DNA of 64,000 nt from positions 62,001 through 126,000 of the IMG/VR virus record IMGVR_UViG_3300005965_000002; one strand, written 5' to 3'. The notes beneath the pieces were generated by a model. The model was not told the origin of the DNA and did no database searches. It saw nothing but the letters and a program-made list of their open reading frames with translations. Of this stretch, positions 19,604 to 30,200 are shown piece by piece (position 1 is the first letter of the stretch; each line of letters opens with the position of its first letter). A program made the translations under genes and the position numbers.

Positions 19604-20434
19604 CTAAAACCCAATATCTATAACTTCCCCGTTGCTATCTTCCTTTATTGAGCTTCTTTTTCTTCTATTTGCTTGTTTCTTTTGATTAAACTCATCACAC
19701 ATTGTTTGCCAGGCGCACCACTTACAGTGCTTTGAGAGCTTAACGTTGGGTTTGAATTCTTTGTCCTCTTTGATAGTCTTTTTTACGAGCGCCAGCTTGT
19801 TCTTAAATTTGATTATGTCATCCATCGTAAAATCTATGTAGTCTATTAATCTTAACTTGAAGTATAAGAATCCTATTTTATCCGGGAGTTTTCTGTGATG
19901 TAAAAGATATGCTAAAGCATAAAAGTATAACTGCTCCACATCGACGTTTTTTCCGACTTTATCAGTACCTTTACCGTCTAAAATTTCTATAGTACCGTCC
20001 GGGCAATGATGTATAAAATCTATCTTAGCTACTAATTCATCACCGCTTTTTTTCAAATTAATGACATACTTCTTCTCAGAAATGCAATTTGACCAAAAGT
20101 CGAACTTTTTAAGTACCTCCAAGGCATCTTGATAAACTAATTCAAATATGTCTACAGATGAATATTTTACCCAAGGATCGTCCCACACAACGTGGTTTCT
20201 ATCGAGCACTTTTTTCCACAAACGCCGGAGTAACCCTTTAATGACTTCAGGAGTAAAATCCGGTACCTCTCTTATGTAGTATTTTACATAGTATTCGAAA
20301 AACATCTGTATTAAAATACCATACAGAGCAAAATACTTACTAGGTGGGTATGGTGGCGGTACCCTGTTTATTTGGTAATAGAATTGCCTCGGGCAATCTT
20401 TATAGGTTTTATAATTTGAATATGACAGCCTCAT
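19604..20434 (-). CDS. PD-(D/E)XK RecB/Cas4-like exonuclease
   Basis: LSYS..CPR, E..KID..ILDGK, QLYFYA, CKWC..C. Confidence 0.85.
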   Translation of the reverse strand: MRLSYSNYKTYKDCPRQFYYQINRVPPPYPPSKYFALYGILIQMFFEYYVKYYIREVPDFTPEVIKGLLRRLWKKVLDRNHVVWDDPWVKYSSVDIFELVYQDALEVLKKFDFWSNCISEKKYVINLKKSGDELVAKIDFIHHCPDGTIEILDGKGTDKVGKNVDVEQLYFYALAYLLHHRKLPDKIGFLYFKLRLIDYIDFTMDDIIKFKNKLALVKKTIKEDKEFKPNVKLSKHCKWCAWQTMCDEFNQKKQANRRKRSSIKEDSNGEVIDIGF

Positions 20435-21426
20435 TTATTCACACCTTTCAGAATAAGGTCCGCTTCGTCCATATAATGCTTAACCCTATCTATTATATTT
20501 TGACCTATATTTATATCTTTAATCTGATCATCTATTTTATCTATATCTGTTTCTTTTTCTTCTAACTCTGTTTTTAACTTTTCAACGAACTCAACAGCCT
20601 TCTCAATTTTTTCCTTTTGCTTCTTTTTACGCTCTATGTAGAAAGCTTCTTCTGCTGGACGGACTTTTAGCTTTACTATTTGTATTTTCGGTTTTTTATT
20701 TTCATCTATAGTAACTAATGATATCTTAGGGATTCTTTTAATACTATCCTCAGATAATGAGCCTCTACTAATAGCTCCAACATTTATAAAATGTTGCTCT
20801 TTTGAGGATCGCCTGATTACCTCTACCCCCTGGTCGATATGGTAATGGCCCAGGACAAAAATATCATCACTTAGCTCTGCTATTTCATCATACGAAAACA
20901 ACTTTTTTCCATATAGGTCACCACCTTTTTTTGTACTATAAAGATGGAGGACGCAAACAGAAAATTCATCATTTTTACTCTTGGGTATATCTTCAAAATT
21001 TGGCTCTTCAACAAAGGGAAAACTTCTTAGATTAATGCTGAATTTATTTTCCCTATCCCAGACTTCTTCATTTCTTAGCTGGGTAAGAGCCCCGCTTTTA
21101 TACAGAACATTCAAAGGCTGCTTATCGAATTGTTCATAGCTGTCATTTCTTAAGTCATGGTTGCCCTCGGTCATGTATATAGGAGCCGGGAAGGACTTAA
21201 AAAGTTCTATAAGCAATGAAGTAAGCTCGTGAGAATTTCTCATCGGAGCCTTTAAATTAAACAGATCACCGGCACAGATAAAGAAATCCACATTGAGTTT
21301 CTTACCCACAGCTTTAATCTGCTTAAGCTTGTGGAGAATATCATCACGATAAGACCCTTTTCTATTCTCAGGGTTTATATCGCTGATATGGACATCGGTA
21401 AACGTTATGAATTTAATGTCACTCAT
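20431..21426 (-). CDS. SbcD/Mre11 metallophosphoesterase nuclease
   Basis: DVH, GDLF, GNHD, GHYH; start taken at MSDIKF (21426). Confidence 0.9.
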   Translation of the reverse strand: MSDIKFITFTDVHISDINPENRKGSYRDDILHKLKQIKAVGKKLNVDFFICAGDLFNLKAPMRNSHELTSLLIELFKSFPAPIYMTEGNHDLRNDSYEQFDKQPLNVLYKSGALTQLRNEEVWDRENKFSINLRSFPFVEEPNFEDIPKSKNDEFSVCVLHLYSTKKGGDLYGKKLFSYDEIAELSDDIFVLGHYHIDQGVEVIRRSSKEQHFINVGAISRGSLSEDSIKRIPKISLVTIDENKKPKIQIVKLKVRPAEEAFYIERKKKQKEKIEKAVEFVEKLKTELEEKETDIDKIDDQIKDINIGQNIIDRVKHYMDEADLILKGVNK

Positions 21427-22574
21427 TTTATATCTGCTCCACAAGCAGGGCACTTATCAAAGGCGCTTAGCTGATCTGTAATACCATTAATTTGTTTTTT
21501 AACTTCAGATAATTCTATTTCTATCTCTTTAGTCTCTCTCGCAGATTTAATCAGTTTTTCTTGTAAGCTTTTTAGATTTGTGATTTCATTTCCGAATTTA
21601 ATAGTAGGTATTTTTACTTTGCCAGATTTAGAGAGATTTTGTTCTTCAGTATAGAGCTTCTCATATCGTATCTGTAATGCCTTTAACTTTTCTATTTCCC
21701 TTTGCTCTATTTCGAGTTTTTCCCTATCAATTATACTAACTGACGAGATGCTTTCTAGTCTTTTAATCTCTTTAGCCAAACCCGTTAATTTAAGGTTAAG
21801 CTCTTTGAGGTTATTTATAGACTCCTGAAAATCGGTGATAGGGCTATAGTCATGAACCTCTACAGACTCAACTGCCTTTAATTTTTTGTATTCTTGGGCT
21901 AACTTTGAGTAAGAATCACGCAAGTCCTTAAATTTGATTATCTCGGACTCTGCTTGTTTGACCTGGTTCCTGAATCCTACTATCTGAGCTTTAGCTTTCA
22001 GGACCTCTTCAAATCCTTCAAACCTCGCAATTTCTCTTTGAGCGGATTCTAGGTCGGCTTGACGAGTTTTTAGGAGGGACCGGTTCTTTCTTATATCTTT
22101 GGCACACAGATCAGAAGATTTATATAATCTGTCTAACCCGTAGATAGATATAAGAAGATCGGCTGTTTTGGAGTCGCGCTTATCGACTAGAAACAACGGA
22201 AAGAACTGCTCGGAGTAATGAAGGTTTATTTTATCATTACCCGCAGCAATCAAACCAAGACCCGCTTCAGTAATAGCTGACGGAGGGGGCTCGTTGCCTA
22301 CTTTTTCTAGCCTTTTACCATTTACAACATAAAAATTGTTTCCATCTTCTTTATGCCAGGTAAGGTCTAGATTGTTAGCCCTAATTCTTACTTCAGCGTA
22401 CTTAGCTTCCCAATTAATGAAGCTAGTACCTTGCTCATTAGTAAGTGCAGCATTGATTGCCCTCAACACTGCACTTTTTCCCAGGTGGTTCCTACCTGTT
22501 ATTACCGTAAATCCATCAACTTTTATATGAGCGTGTTTAATTGATTCATAGTTCGTAATCTCTATCTCAATCAT
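21423..22574 (-). CDS. SbcC/Rad50 N-terminal half ending in a Zn hook
   Basis: ITNYES, Walker A GRNHLGKS, Q-loop SEQ, coiled coil, terminal CPAC. Confidence 0.85.
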   Translation of the reverse strand: MIEIEITNYESIKHAHIKVDGFTVITGRNHLGKSAVLRAINAALTNEQGTSFINWEAKYAEVRIRANNLDLTWHKEDGNNFYVVNGKRLEKVGNEPPPSAITEAGLGLIAAGNDKINLHYSEQFFPLFLVDKRDSKTADLLISIYGLDRLYKSSDLCAKDIRKNRSLLKTRQADLESAQREIARFEGFEEVLKAKAQIVGFRNQVKQAESEIIKFKDLRDSYSKLAQEYKKLKAVESVEVHDYSPITDFQESINNLKELNLKLTGLAKEIKRLESISSVSIIDREKLEIEQREIEKLKALQIRYEKLYTEEQNLSKSGKVKIPTIKFGNEITNLKSLQEKLIKSARETKEIEIELSEVKKQINGITDQLSAFDKCPACGADIK

Positions 22575-23853
22575 TTTTCTCGCCCATAAGACTTTCTAAC
22601 TCATCCAAATCTGCTTTCGCGTCTGGATCTATGTCTGAACCTTCGTTTAAGATATCATCAGAGAGCCCCAGGTTACTTCGGAGATCCTTCATAATATCTC
22701 TCTCATCATCGGTAAGGTTCTCAATGCCCTTTTCAAGAAGCTCATCATGCATAGTTTTCATTTCATCTATATTCTGAGTAGGCTTCAAGTAGGTCTGCAG
22801 AGCTTTGAGGATTTCAGGGTTATTTTCCAAATGTTCAAGTAGAGCTTCCTTACCCTGACAGTTAAAGCTGTACTCGCCGTTGGGATCTTCCCACGAAAAC
22901 CAAGCGCCTTTGAGTTTAATAACCTTTTTGTTTTTGCCGAGTTCAACAAGGGATAGGATATTGTTTATACCCTTTCCGAAGGTTATGTAGATAGGTCCGG
23001 TCTTAAAAGGAAGATCAAGTTTATTTTTAACAACAGTAGCCTTAACTACCTGGTTGACTATCTTCTCTTCCTTTGCCCCTGTAATGTTACTCGTTACAAG
23101 AGCTTTTTCTTTCTGCTTAGGCCTGAGCTCTATACGTACGTTCGAGAAGAATCGTACAGCGTTTCCACCAGAGGTAGTTTCATCCGGTCCTGAATCATAT
23201 TTACTCTTCTTGATCACCTTACGCTTCTGGTTAAGAAGCATCAAACAAGTATTAGAGTTTTCTAATCTTTTTGTGATCCAGTTAAGAAAATGACTCATCA
23301 ACCGGGCTTGTTTACCAATTGCTGATACTTCGTCGGCATCTCCCTCAGCACTGTCTCTAGGTATCATTGCTGTTACTGAGTCAATGATAATAAGCCAGGG
23401 TTTGATTTCCATGAGTGATTGACCAATCAACTTAGCACCTTGTTCAAATGACATCGGAGTCATATGAATAAAGGTTTCTTGGTCAATATTAATGCCGAGG
23501 TTTTCTATATACTTCTTTTGTGTACGTAGGGAGTGCTCAAAGTCGGCGAATAAAACAGTACCGCCAGCTTTTTGTACTTCTTTAGCTGCATGCAAGGCTA
23601 TAGTTGTTTTACCGCAAGCCTCATCACCAAAAATCTCAACAGTATACCCACGAGGAAATCCACCGGGTTGGTCTTGGAGAGTACCGTCTCCTATGAGACG
23701 GTTTAAAACCCATGAACCAGATGGGATAATATCGATAGCCTTATGTATATCACCTTCAATTTGTTCTTTTTTTAATCTTTCAAGAAAAGACTGAGCAGCG
23801 CTTTTTGTAGGCTTACTCGTTGTTTTTTTCGTGCTCTTTTTTGCCGGAGGCAT
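22567..23853 (-). CDS. recA: RecA recombinase
   Basis: GGFPRG..EIFGDEACGKTT, IIIDSV, QARLMS, NQ.R, TSGGNAVRF, VVKNK. Confidence 0.95.
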   Translation of the reverse strand: MPPAKKSTKKTTSKPTKSAAQSFLERLKKEQIEGDIHKAIDIIPSGSWVLNRLIGDGTLQDQPGGFPRGYTVEIFGDEACGKTTIALHAAKEVQKAGGTVLFADFEHSLRTQKKYIENLGINIDQETFIHMTPMSFEQGAKLIGQSLMEIKPWLIIIDSVTAMIPRDSAEGDADEVSAIGKQARLMSHFLNWITKRLENSNTCLMLLNQKRKVIKKSKYDSGPDETTSGGNAVRFFSNVRIELRPKQKEKALVTSNITGAKEEKIVNQVVKATVVKNKLDLPFKTGPIYITFGKGINNILSLVELGKNKKVIKLKGAWFSWEDPNGEYSFNCQGKEALLEHLENNPEILKALQTYLKPTQNIDEMKTMHDELLEKGIENLTDDERDIMKDLRSNLGLSDDILNEGSDIDPDAKADLDELESLMGEKND

Positions 23854-24550
23854 TTTCGGAACTCCTTTTTATTTTATCAAAATCGTAAAACGAATCGTTT
23901 TGACGATATATGATGCCGTGGTAATCTACCGTACCTTTTTTCTTCCCTCTGGTGAATGTGTGCTTACCGGCAAAAGTGTGTAATTCGTACTCGTTTAAAT
24001 CTTTATCAGTTATTGTTTTTCTAAAATACCAGTCATAGAATTTTCTGGCAAAAACACCTGCCCAATAAGCATCACATGTATCTTCGGGAAGCCTTCTACC
24101 GACCATACCCAACGCCTCTTTAGCGGATTGGATCATGTGCGATTTGAAAACTTTCCTGGCGCTCATATCCGGGAATACAAGTTTCTTTAGCGTAGAAGGA
24201 GGGAAATAGACAACAAAGACACCTAGGTCAAGGTACTCACGGTGCAGGAATTGATTCAAAGCATACAGCATTTCTGTGTTAAACCCCTCAAAGTAAGGAG
24301 CTTCAGAGCCTATATACTTGATATCATACTCAAGAATTTTATCTCGTACCTGGTTAGCCTGTTTTATTAACCTCTGAACGAAGATTCCATCAGATGGGTC
24401 AGTTTTTAATCTGCCCTTATCTACAACTTCATTCGTAGGCTTATCTAGATCCATGACCACATAGCCCGTTTTTTTAACGGACGGGTCTAATCCTAACATA
24501 TACGCCATAGACTTGTATTGGGCTGAGGAAGAAGGGTCTTCCTCAGCCAT
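23813..24550 (-). CDS. RuvC-like Holliday junction resolvase
   Basis: LGLDPS..TGY, E, PSTLKK, K..M, DTCDA. Confidence 0.8.
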   Translation of the reverse strand: MAEEDPSSSAQYKSMAYMLGLDPSVKKTGYVVMDLDKPTNEVVDKGRLKTDPSDGIFVQRLIKQANQVRDKILEYDIKYIGSEAPYFEGFNTEMLYALNQFLHREYLDLGVFVVYFPPSTLKKLVFPDMSARKVFKSHMIQSAKEALGMVGRRLPEDTCDAYWAGVFARKFYDWYFRKTITDKDLNEYELHTFAGKHTFTRGKKKGTVDYHGIIYRQNDSFYDFDKIKRSSENASGKKEHEKNNE

Positions 24551-24558
24551 TCCTTTCT

Positions 24559-25197
24559 TTAGACATCCAGGACGTCGTCAAGCTGTACGTCGGTAGCAGC
24601 ATCATCGGAACCTGCGGTATCGATACCCAGGAGTTCACGGATTTCTTCAAGGGAAAGATCAGAGGCAAGGTTGCTTCCGATTTTCTCAAAGAGAGGATCT
24701 GCTTCCTTCAGAATCTTTTCTTCAAGTTCTGGCTTTGAGCGCCAGAAGCAAGAATTACAGCTCTGGATGATGATATTCTGGAATTCCTCGTTATCACAGG
24801 TGACCAGAATATCGTGGCTCTTAAGGGGGAATTCCTTATTGGCTTCGTTCAGGCGCTGGTACTTTTTATCATTGAAGATCCAAGGAACCAACTCGTAACC
24901 GGTCAGCTTGTCCTTACCATCGACCTTTTTGATATCGTAAACTACCAACACGGCACCCAAACGCCAGCGGGGGTCATTACCTTTGTAAGCGTGAGTGCAG
25001 CAAATCGCTGGATTCTCTTTTGTGCTCTTACAAACGTAATAGCGCTGGTTGAAGTGAACTTTCGTGGCCTTAAAAGGTTTTCTTTCATCACGAAAAACCA
25101 CACCACAGCGAACAGTCTTCCCTGCCTTGAATTTATGACTCTTGAAAAACTGAGGCTTTACATCTTCTCTATCGAAACCAATTTCCATCGCAGACAT
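24559..25197 (-). CDS. Putative single-stranded DNA-binding protein
   Basis: Zn-ligand-like H/C/CC, OB-like core and acidic tail; lies next to recA. Confidence 0.55.
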   Translation of the reverse strand: MSAMEIGFDREDVKPQFFKSHKFKAGKTVRCGVVFRDERKPFKATKVHFNQRYYVCKSTKENPAICCTHAYKGNDPRWRLGAVLVVYDIKKVDGKDKLTGYELVPWIFNDKKYQRLNEANKEFPLKSHDILVTCDNEEFQNIIIQSCNSCFWRSKPELEEKILKEADPLFEKIGSNLASDLSLEEIRELLGIDTAGSDDAATDVQLDDVLDV

Positions 25198-25246
25198 AGT
25201 TATCTCCTTAATGTGAATAATCTCATCGAAGCTCGTAGGACGAGGG

Positions 25247-25558
25247 TCAAAGAAATTCTTTAATTAATTCGCCAGCTTGGTAAACTATCTTCTTACCACT
25301 AATGTTCTTATCTACCATTTTTCCGGTAGTTCTATCAAATACTTTTTTAGTTTTGGTGCCCTTATCTTTTAAAACGACGGTACCAAAGCCAGCATCTAAA
25401 GTTAATTTTCCGTTTTTTAGTAATTCGTAGAACATGTCTTGAGTGAGACGCTTCTTAAGCTTTTTTCTAATTGCCTTTGTGTCGGCTTGCCTCAGTATTT
25501 CGGGGTCTATTTTTTCTGATAATACGGAAAAAATTGCCTCAAGGATTGTGTCTTCCAC
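25247..25558 (-). CDS. HU/IHF-like DNA-binding protein
   Basis: GFGT..KKVFDRTTGKMV..IVYQAG arm motif. Confidence 0.7.
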   Translation of the reverse strand: MEDTILEAIFSVLSEKIDPEILRQADTKAIRKKLKKRLTQDMFYELLKNGKLTLDAGFGTVVLKDKGTKTKKVFDRTTGKMVDKNISGKKIVYQAGELIKEFL

Positions 25559-25579
25559 ATGCTTACTCTCTCATAAATA

Positions 25580-26752
25580 TTATAAGGAGTCTAACAGATC
25601 ATCGACATCAATCCCTTCGGTTGACACCGAAGCCTCATCCTCATTAACAGGTTCTTGGGCTTTCTCACTACTTGAGGGATCATCGTTACCCTCTTCCGCC
25701 GAGTTATCGAGATCGGACTCGTCCAAATCGATATCCAACATATCTTCTGAATCGGATTCGCTATCATTGGACATCCTGACTCGTTGCTGAGCCTCGTCCC
25801 TGTCCTGGCTTTCCCCTTCAGAATTACTATCAGTATCTTCATCGGAACCGAATTCATCAAGAATGTCATCCACTGAATCTTCTTCCACTTCATCCATTCC
25901 GTCTACTTGCTCCCCGTTTTGATCCGACGAGCTTTCATCTCCGGACGAACTATCCGAATCATCAATAGATAGATCCACATCAAGGTCCGCCTCGATTGAA
26001 TCCTCTTCGGTAGCGTTTCCTACTGAGCCATCTGGTTTGTTAGTCCCAGCTTTCTGTTCAGGCGCACTATCCGATAATAGATCATCCCCGATTTCGGCAT
26101 CTTCTGTGTCGATATTATCTATATCTATATCTAAATCTTCATCTTCAGTCTTATCTATTTCTTCTGCAGAGGACTCGACGGTTTCATCAAAATCCTCTAC
26201 ATCAATTTCATCAGTCACCTCTTTTATATCAGCGAGATCGTTTGCAAAATCTTTTATGTCAGCATGGTCTATGGGTAGATTATTGAGCTTTGTTATATTC
26301 AGCTCTGTCATCCGGGCCATAGTTTTTAGATCGGAATTTTTTGAGCGCAATAGCTGGATTTGGGCTCTAAGAGCAGAGAGTAGATTTTGATAATCATTAA
26401 TTTTTTCTTCTGCTTCCGCTATCGCTCGGTGCTTATCCTCATATAAATCATCTACAGCGGCTTCCCTCTCCTTAATTGAAGGAAGCTTTTTTATTTTTTC
26501 GCTACTTGTCAGAGCCTTCCTTTTTAGAATCTCAAGCTCTGACTTATCGATATTGAGGTTACGTCGAATTACAGTATAGCTACGATTAGACTTTATGAAA
26601 ATCTTTTGGACCTGTCCTAACTTTTGTCCGCACTCAGCAATTTTTCTGTTAATATATGAGGGAGGAGCAACATCATGTCCATCAATATGTACATCGAGAG
26701 TCAGTAAACGGTCGTACGTTGCAGAGAAATAATCTTTTTGTTCGGTGCTCAT
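25580..26752 (-). CDS. Coiled-coil protein with ~200-aa highly acidic tail
   Basis: Helical N-half; D/E/S-rich low-complexity C-half. Confidence 0.6.
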   Translation of the reverse strand: MSTEQKDYFSATYDRLLTLDVHIDGHDVAPPSYINRKIAECGQKLGQVQKIFIKSNRSYTVIRRNLNIDKSELEILKRKALTSSEKIKKLPSIKEREAAVDDLYEDKHRAIAEAEEKINDYQNLLSALRAQIQLLRSKNSDLKTMARMTELNITKLNNLPIDHADIKDFANDLADIKEVTDEIDVEDFDETVESSAEEIDKTEDEDLDIDIDNIDTEDAEIGDDLLSDSAPEQKAGTNKPDGSVGNATEEDSIEADLDVDLSIDDSDSSSGDESSSDQNGEQVDGMDEVEEDSVDDILDEFGSDEDTDSNSEGESQDRDEAQQRVRMSNDSESDSEDMLDIDLDESDLDNSAEEGNDDPSSSEKAQEPVNEDEASVSTEGIDVDDLLDSL

Positions 26753-26820
26753 GTTCTATCTCCGTAAAAGGTCTGTTGAGTTAATATATCTGTTTTAAAA
26801 TATTTTTTAAAGTAGTTTCG

Positions 26821-27219
26821 TTATTTTTTTAGATTGGTAATGTTCAGCCCGCTACCGCTGTATATTTTTGAGTGGTTATTTATGAAATCTACAGTTTCAG
26901 GGTCATCTAGATCTCCCCAGAAGCATAGATTGCGTAAAGGGCTCTGCACAATCATTTTTACCTCATCCATGTGGGGGAAATATGAGGAAAAGATAGTTAT
27001 TCCCCCCGGATCACCAAAAGTATACTCGGATCGGAAATACTCCTGTAGAGCTTCAAACATCGGAGACTCATCGTAACCGTGTATAATTTCATTACTTACG
27101 GTTAGGATGACGTGAGGCCGGTCTCCAGCGATAATAACTGCTTTAGATTCTCCTGATTCGCGTATTCTTCCGGATTCGTATACAAGTCTTGCAAAGTAAT
27201 TCCATCTCCGTTCATCCAT
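26821..27219 (-). CDS. Degenerate dCMP/cytidine deaminase-fold protein
   Basis: AVII..N..TIFSSYFPHMDEVKMIVQS matches the TLYxTxxPCxxCxKxIxQS pattern; HAE and PCxxC are absent. Confidence 0.55.
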   Translation of the reverse strand: MDERRWNYFARLVYESGRIRESGESKAVIIAGDRPHVILTVSNEIIHGYDESPMFEALQEYFRSEYTFGDPGGITIFSSYFPHMDEVKMIVQSPLRNLCFWGDLDDPETVDFINNHSKIYSGSGLNITNLKK

Positions 27220-30200
27220 CCTCTGATCCTTTCGTCGAACAGAGTGTTTCTTCTCTGTATCCGATCATTATTAATCGCTTGCTCTATAGCTGATCCTTGC
27301 CCTAAGACCACAACTTTTTTCTTGGCCCTTGTAATGGCGGTATACAAAAGATTTCTCTGAAGAATTCTCTGACCATGGGCGCGTACAATAGGCAGGATAA
27401 TCAAGGGATATTCTAAGCCCTGACTATTATGGGTTACATACCCATTCATCACATATGTATTATCGTGTTCTACCTCAATATCATACATATCTACTTCAGG
27501 TAATTTTTCTACTGATATTACTTTATCATAATTATAATCACTATTGTAATATGTGTTTTCAAACTTATAAAATAAGGAATTACCCTCATTGTGTCCTATT
27601 TGAGGATTTCTCAAAGCGCACAGGTAGTCGCCGTTTTTTATATTTCCCGCTTCTTTAAAGTAGATTCCAGAGGTATTGGCTACAAGGTGCCTATGCTCAA
27701 AACTAGAATCTACAAATGCTCCTGATTTAGTAGTAATTCTATAAACTTCCTTTTTCCCCACATGTACCTTGGATATTACCCTTTTTTTATTATTTTTACC
27801 TGTTAGCACTATATCACCTTTTTTTATGTCAGATAAAGGTATTATCCCTCGTTCAGTAAAGATTTTATTGTATCCAGGAGCGCATTTGTGTACACTTATT
27901 GCATAAGCTAATTTAAGCATATCATCCGCAAGCTTCATGGGGATTTCTACTCGTTTTGTTTTCCCATCAAACTCATCAATATCAATAACAATATTTCCTT
28001 CTACTATTAAAACGACCTTACCAATATCTCCATTAAATACATCTAGGTAGTAGTTGTTCTTTTTGATTAGTACCCGGTCGCCTTTTCGAATTATCATCCG
28101 GTTTAAAGAAACCTCTTTTTTGTTATCTGCTGGAGGGTTTAGCACACTCTGAAGCGCTACGTTAAGCGTTTCTACACTCAGAGGGCCATTATTCCTCGGG
28201 GTGATAATCTGGAAAAGCGTGGGTTCCTTTTTCTTTTTGTTTCCGTCCTTTATATGCTGAGCAAACCGTATGATTGTTTCTTCGATTGTTCCCATATTCT
28301 TTTCACGAAGGAACCATATATCAGCATGCTTATCTCTTTTAAATAGGGAAAGATCCGTATTGCCGTCTCTTATCCTTTTAGCGGCTTTGATGATGTCAGA
28401 CTGCTCTTCCTGCCGGAATATGGTTCTAAGCTGAATGACTTTAAAGCATGCGCAGCTAATTAAGTGCTTAAGTACGGTACCTGGGCCTACAGAAGGTAGC
28501 TGGTCATTATCCCCGACGAACACAATCTTTGTGTGGGAGAATAAGGCAGAAACCAGCCTGAAGAACACCTCCATATCAACCATGGAAGTCTCATCTACAA
28601 TGACTACCTTTGTATTGTACTTATTCAGAGCATGGTAGTCCCATTTATCTCCTTTATACCCTAGCTGTCTGTGTATCGTGCGTGCATCATAATTAGCCGT
28701 TTTAGCCAGCTTTTTAGCAGATATGCCGGTAGGTGTCAGTAGGTCAAAGCTTATATTCTTTCTCACCATGAGTTCTACAAGAGCTTTAACAATTGTTGTA
28801 TTGTGAGTTACTGTGAAATCTCCTAAAACAAATCGACCGTTTCCTGATATTTGAAACCCATAATATTTACCCTTTCCTATGCTTTTAATTTGTATCCCAG
28901 TAACTAGATTATCTTTAATTTGTTTTCTTTCCTCGGCTGTTTTTTTCTTAACCTTCGTTGGTATCTTACATAGACCATTACCAGAAATAGTAGCACGGTA
29001 ATAAGTGCCCTCTCCTGAATAGTATTTCCCTTTACTAAAGCATGAAAAGGATTTTTTGCATGGTTTAGGGTAAGCGCTGAATCCTAATGATCTAGCGATG
29101 AAAACTACATCGTTTAAAAGCTTTTCACTCTTAAATATTATGTCATAGCAGTTTCCTCTTTTATCATAAGATCCATCAGAATCGATTATACCAGCTAAAA
29201 GATTGAGTCTTATTTCTTCGCTGTTGGCCTTATATAAGTGGGGGACAGTTTTTGCTATTGTCAGCCCAGATTCTTGTAGATAATTCCAAAAAAAATTGGG
29301 CTTTCTTTTTCCCTTTAATTCTCCGTATGCTTTTGAATCCATATCACGGGATATGTGGTATTCAATATTATCTCCACTAACTTTTTTTATTGAAATTTCT
29401 GTCCCTCTTAGTATGGTATCGATAGCCTCAACTACTTCGGTAAACGGAGTACTTATTCTTGAGGCGTCTATAGCGCCGTTTCCTAACCACATACCGAGTA
29501 GGTATGGATGTATAGGTATATCTTTTGTTGGAAATTTAACAGGCACTCTGTACCCTTTTAGCCTTTCACGAAAGCTCTTGGCTAAAGAAAAATAAGTGTC
29601 TATGGATATATCGTGTATTTTTCCTTTACCTGACCCAGCATAGGTTGATTGCTTTAGAGAGAGAATATGAGACCTATTTACGACGTACTTATCTCCCTTT
29701 TTAGGAATAACTTCAAAAAGTTCTTCTTCCCCAGTCGCCGTGGAAAGAACTACCCTGGGGGTAGAGTCATCCCCCATCAGAACATCGTTTGTCTTTATAT
29801 CTTGAACTTCTTTAATTGTACCATCATACATTAGAACGGGTGTCCCGTAGCCTAAGCATTTACCTGTACCCGGGGAGCCTGTAATCACCATTACTTTTTC
29901 TTTTGTGAAAGATCTAATAGATTCTTTTTGATCCTCACTAAGATCCATGTGGTGGGCTTTTTCGTACTCGGATATAAATTCTTCTACGTTGAAATCCCCA
30001 AAATCGCACTCATCGTGCTTATCATAGATTTTCTTAAGTAGCCTGGCACTTTCATTTTCATAGAAAAACATGTTTATGTCGTAGTACCGGTTTTCGTCCT
30101 GGTAAATAAAGCCATCCTTTACCAGTCCTTCTATATGAGGCTCTATCTCAGAAAAAAGAACAACACCATTTTTGAATGGGTACTCAGAACTTTTATTGTA

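Noticed and set aside
19604-20434. Cas4 implying a CRISPR-Cas locus
   Set aside because: No repeat-spacer array or other cas genes; the context is a recombination operon.
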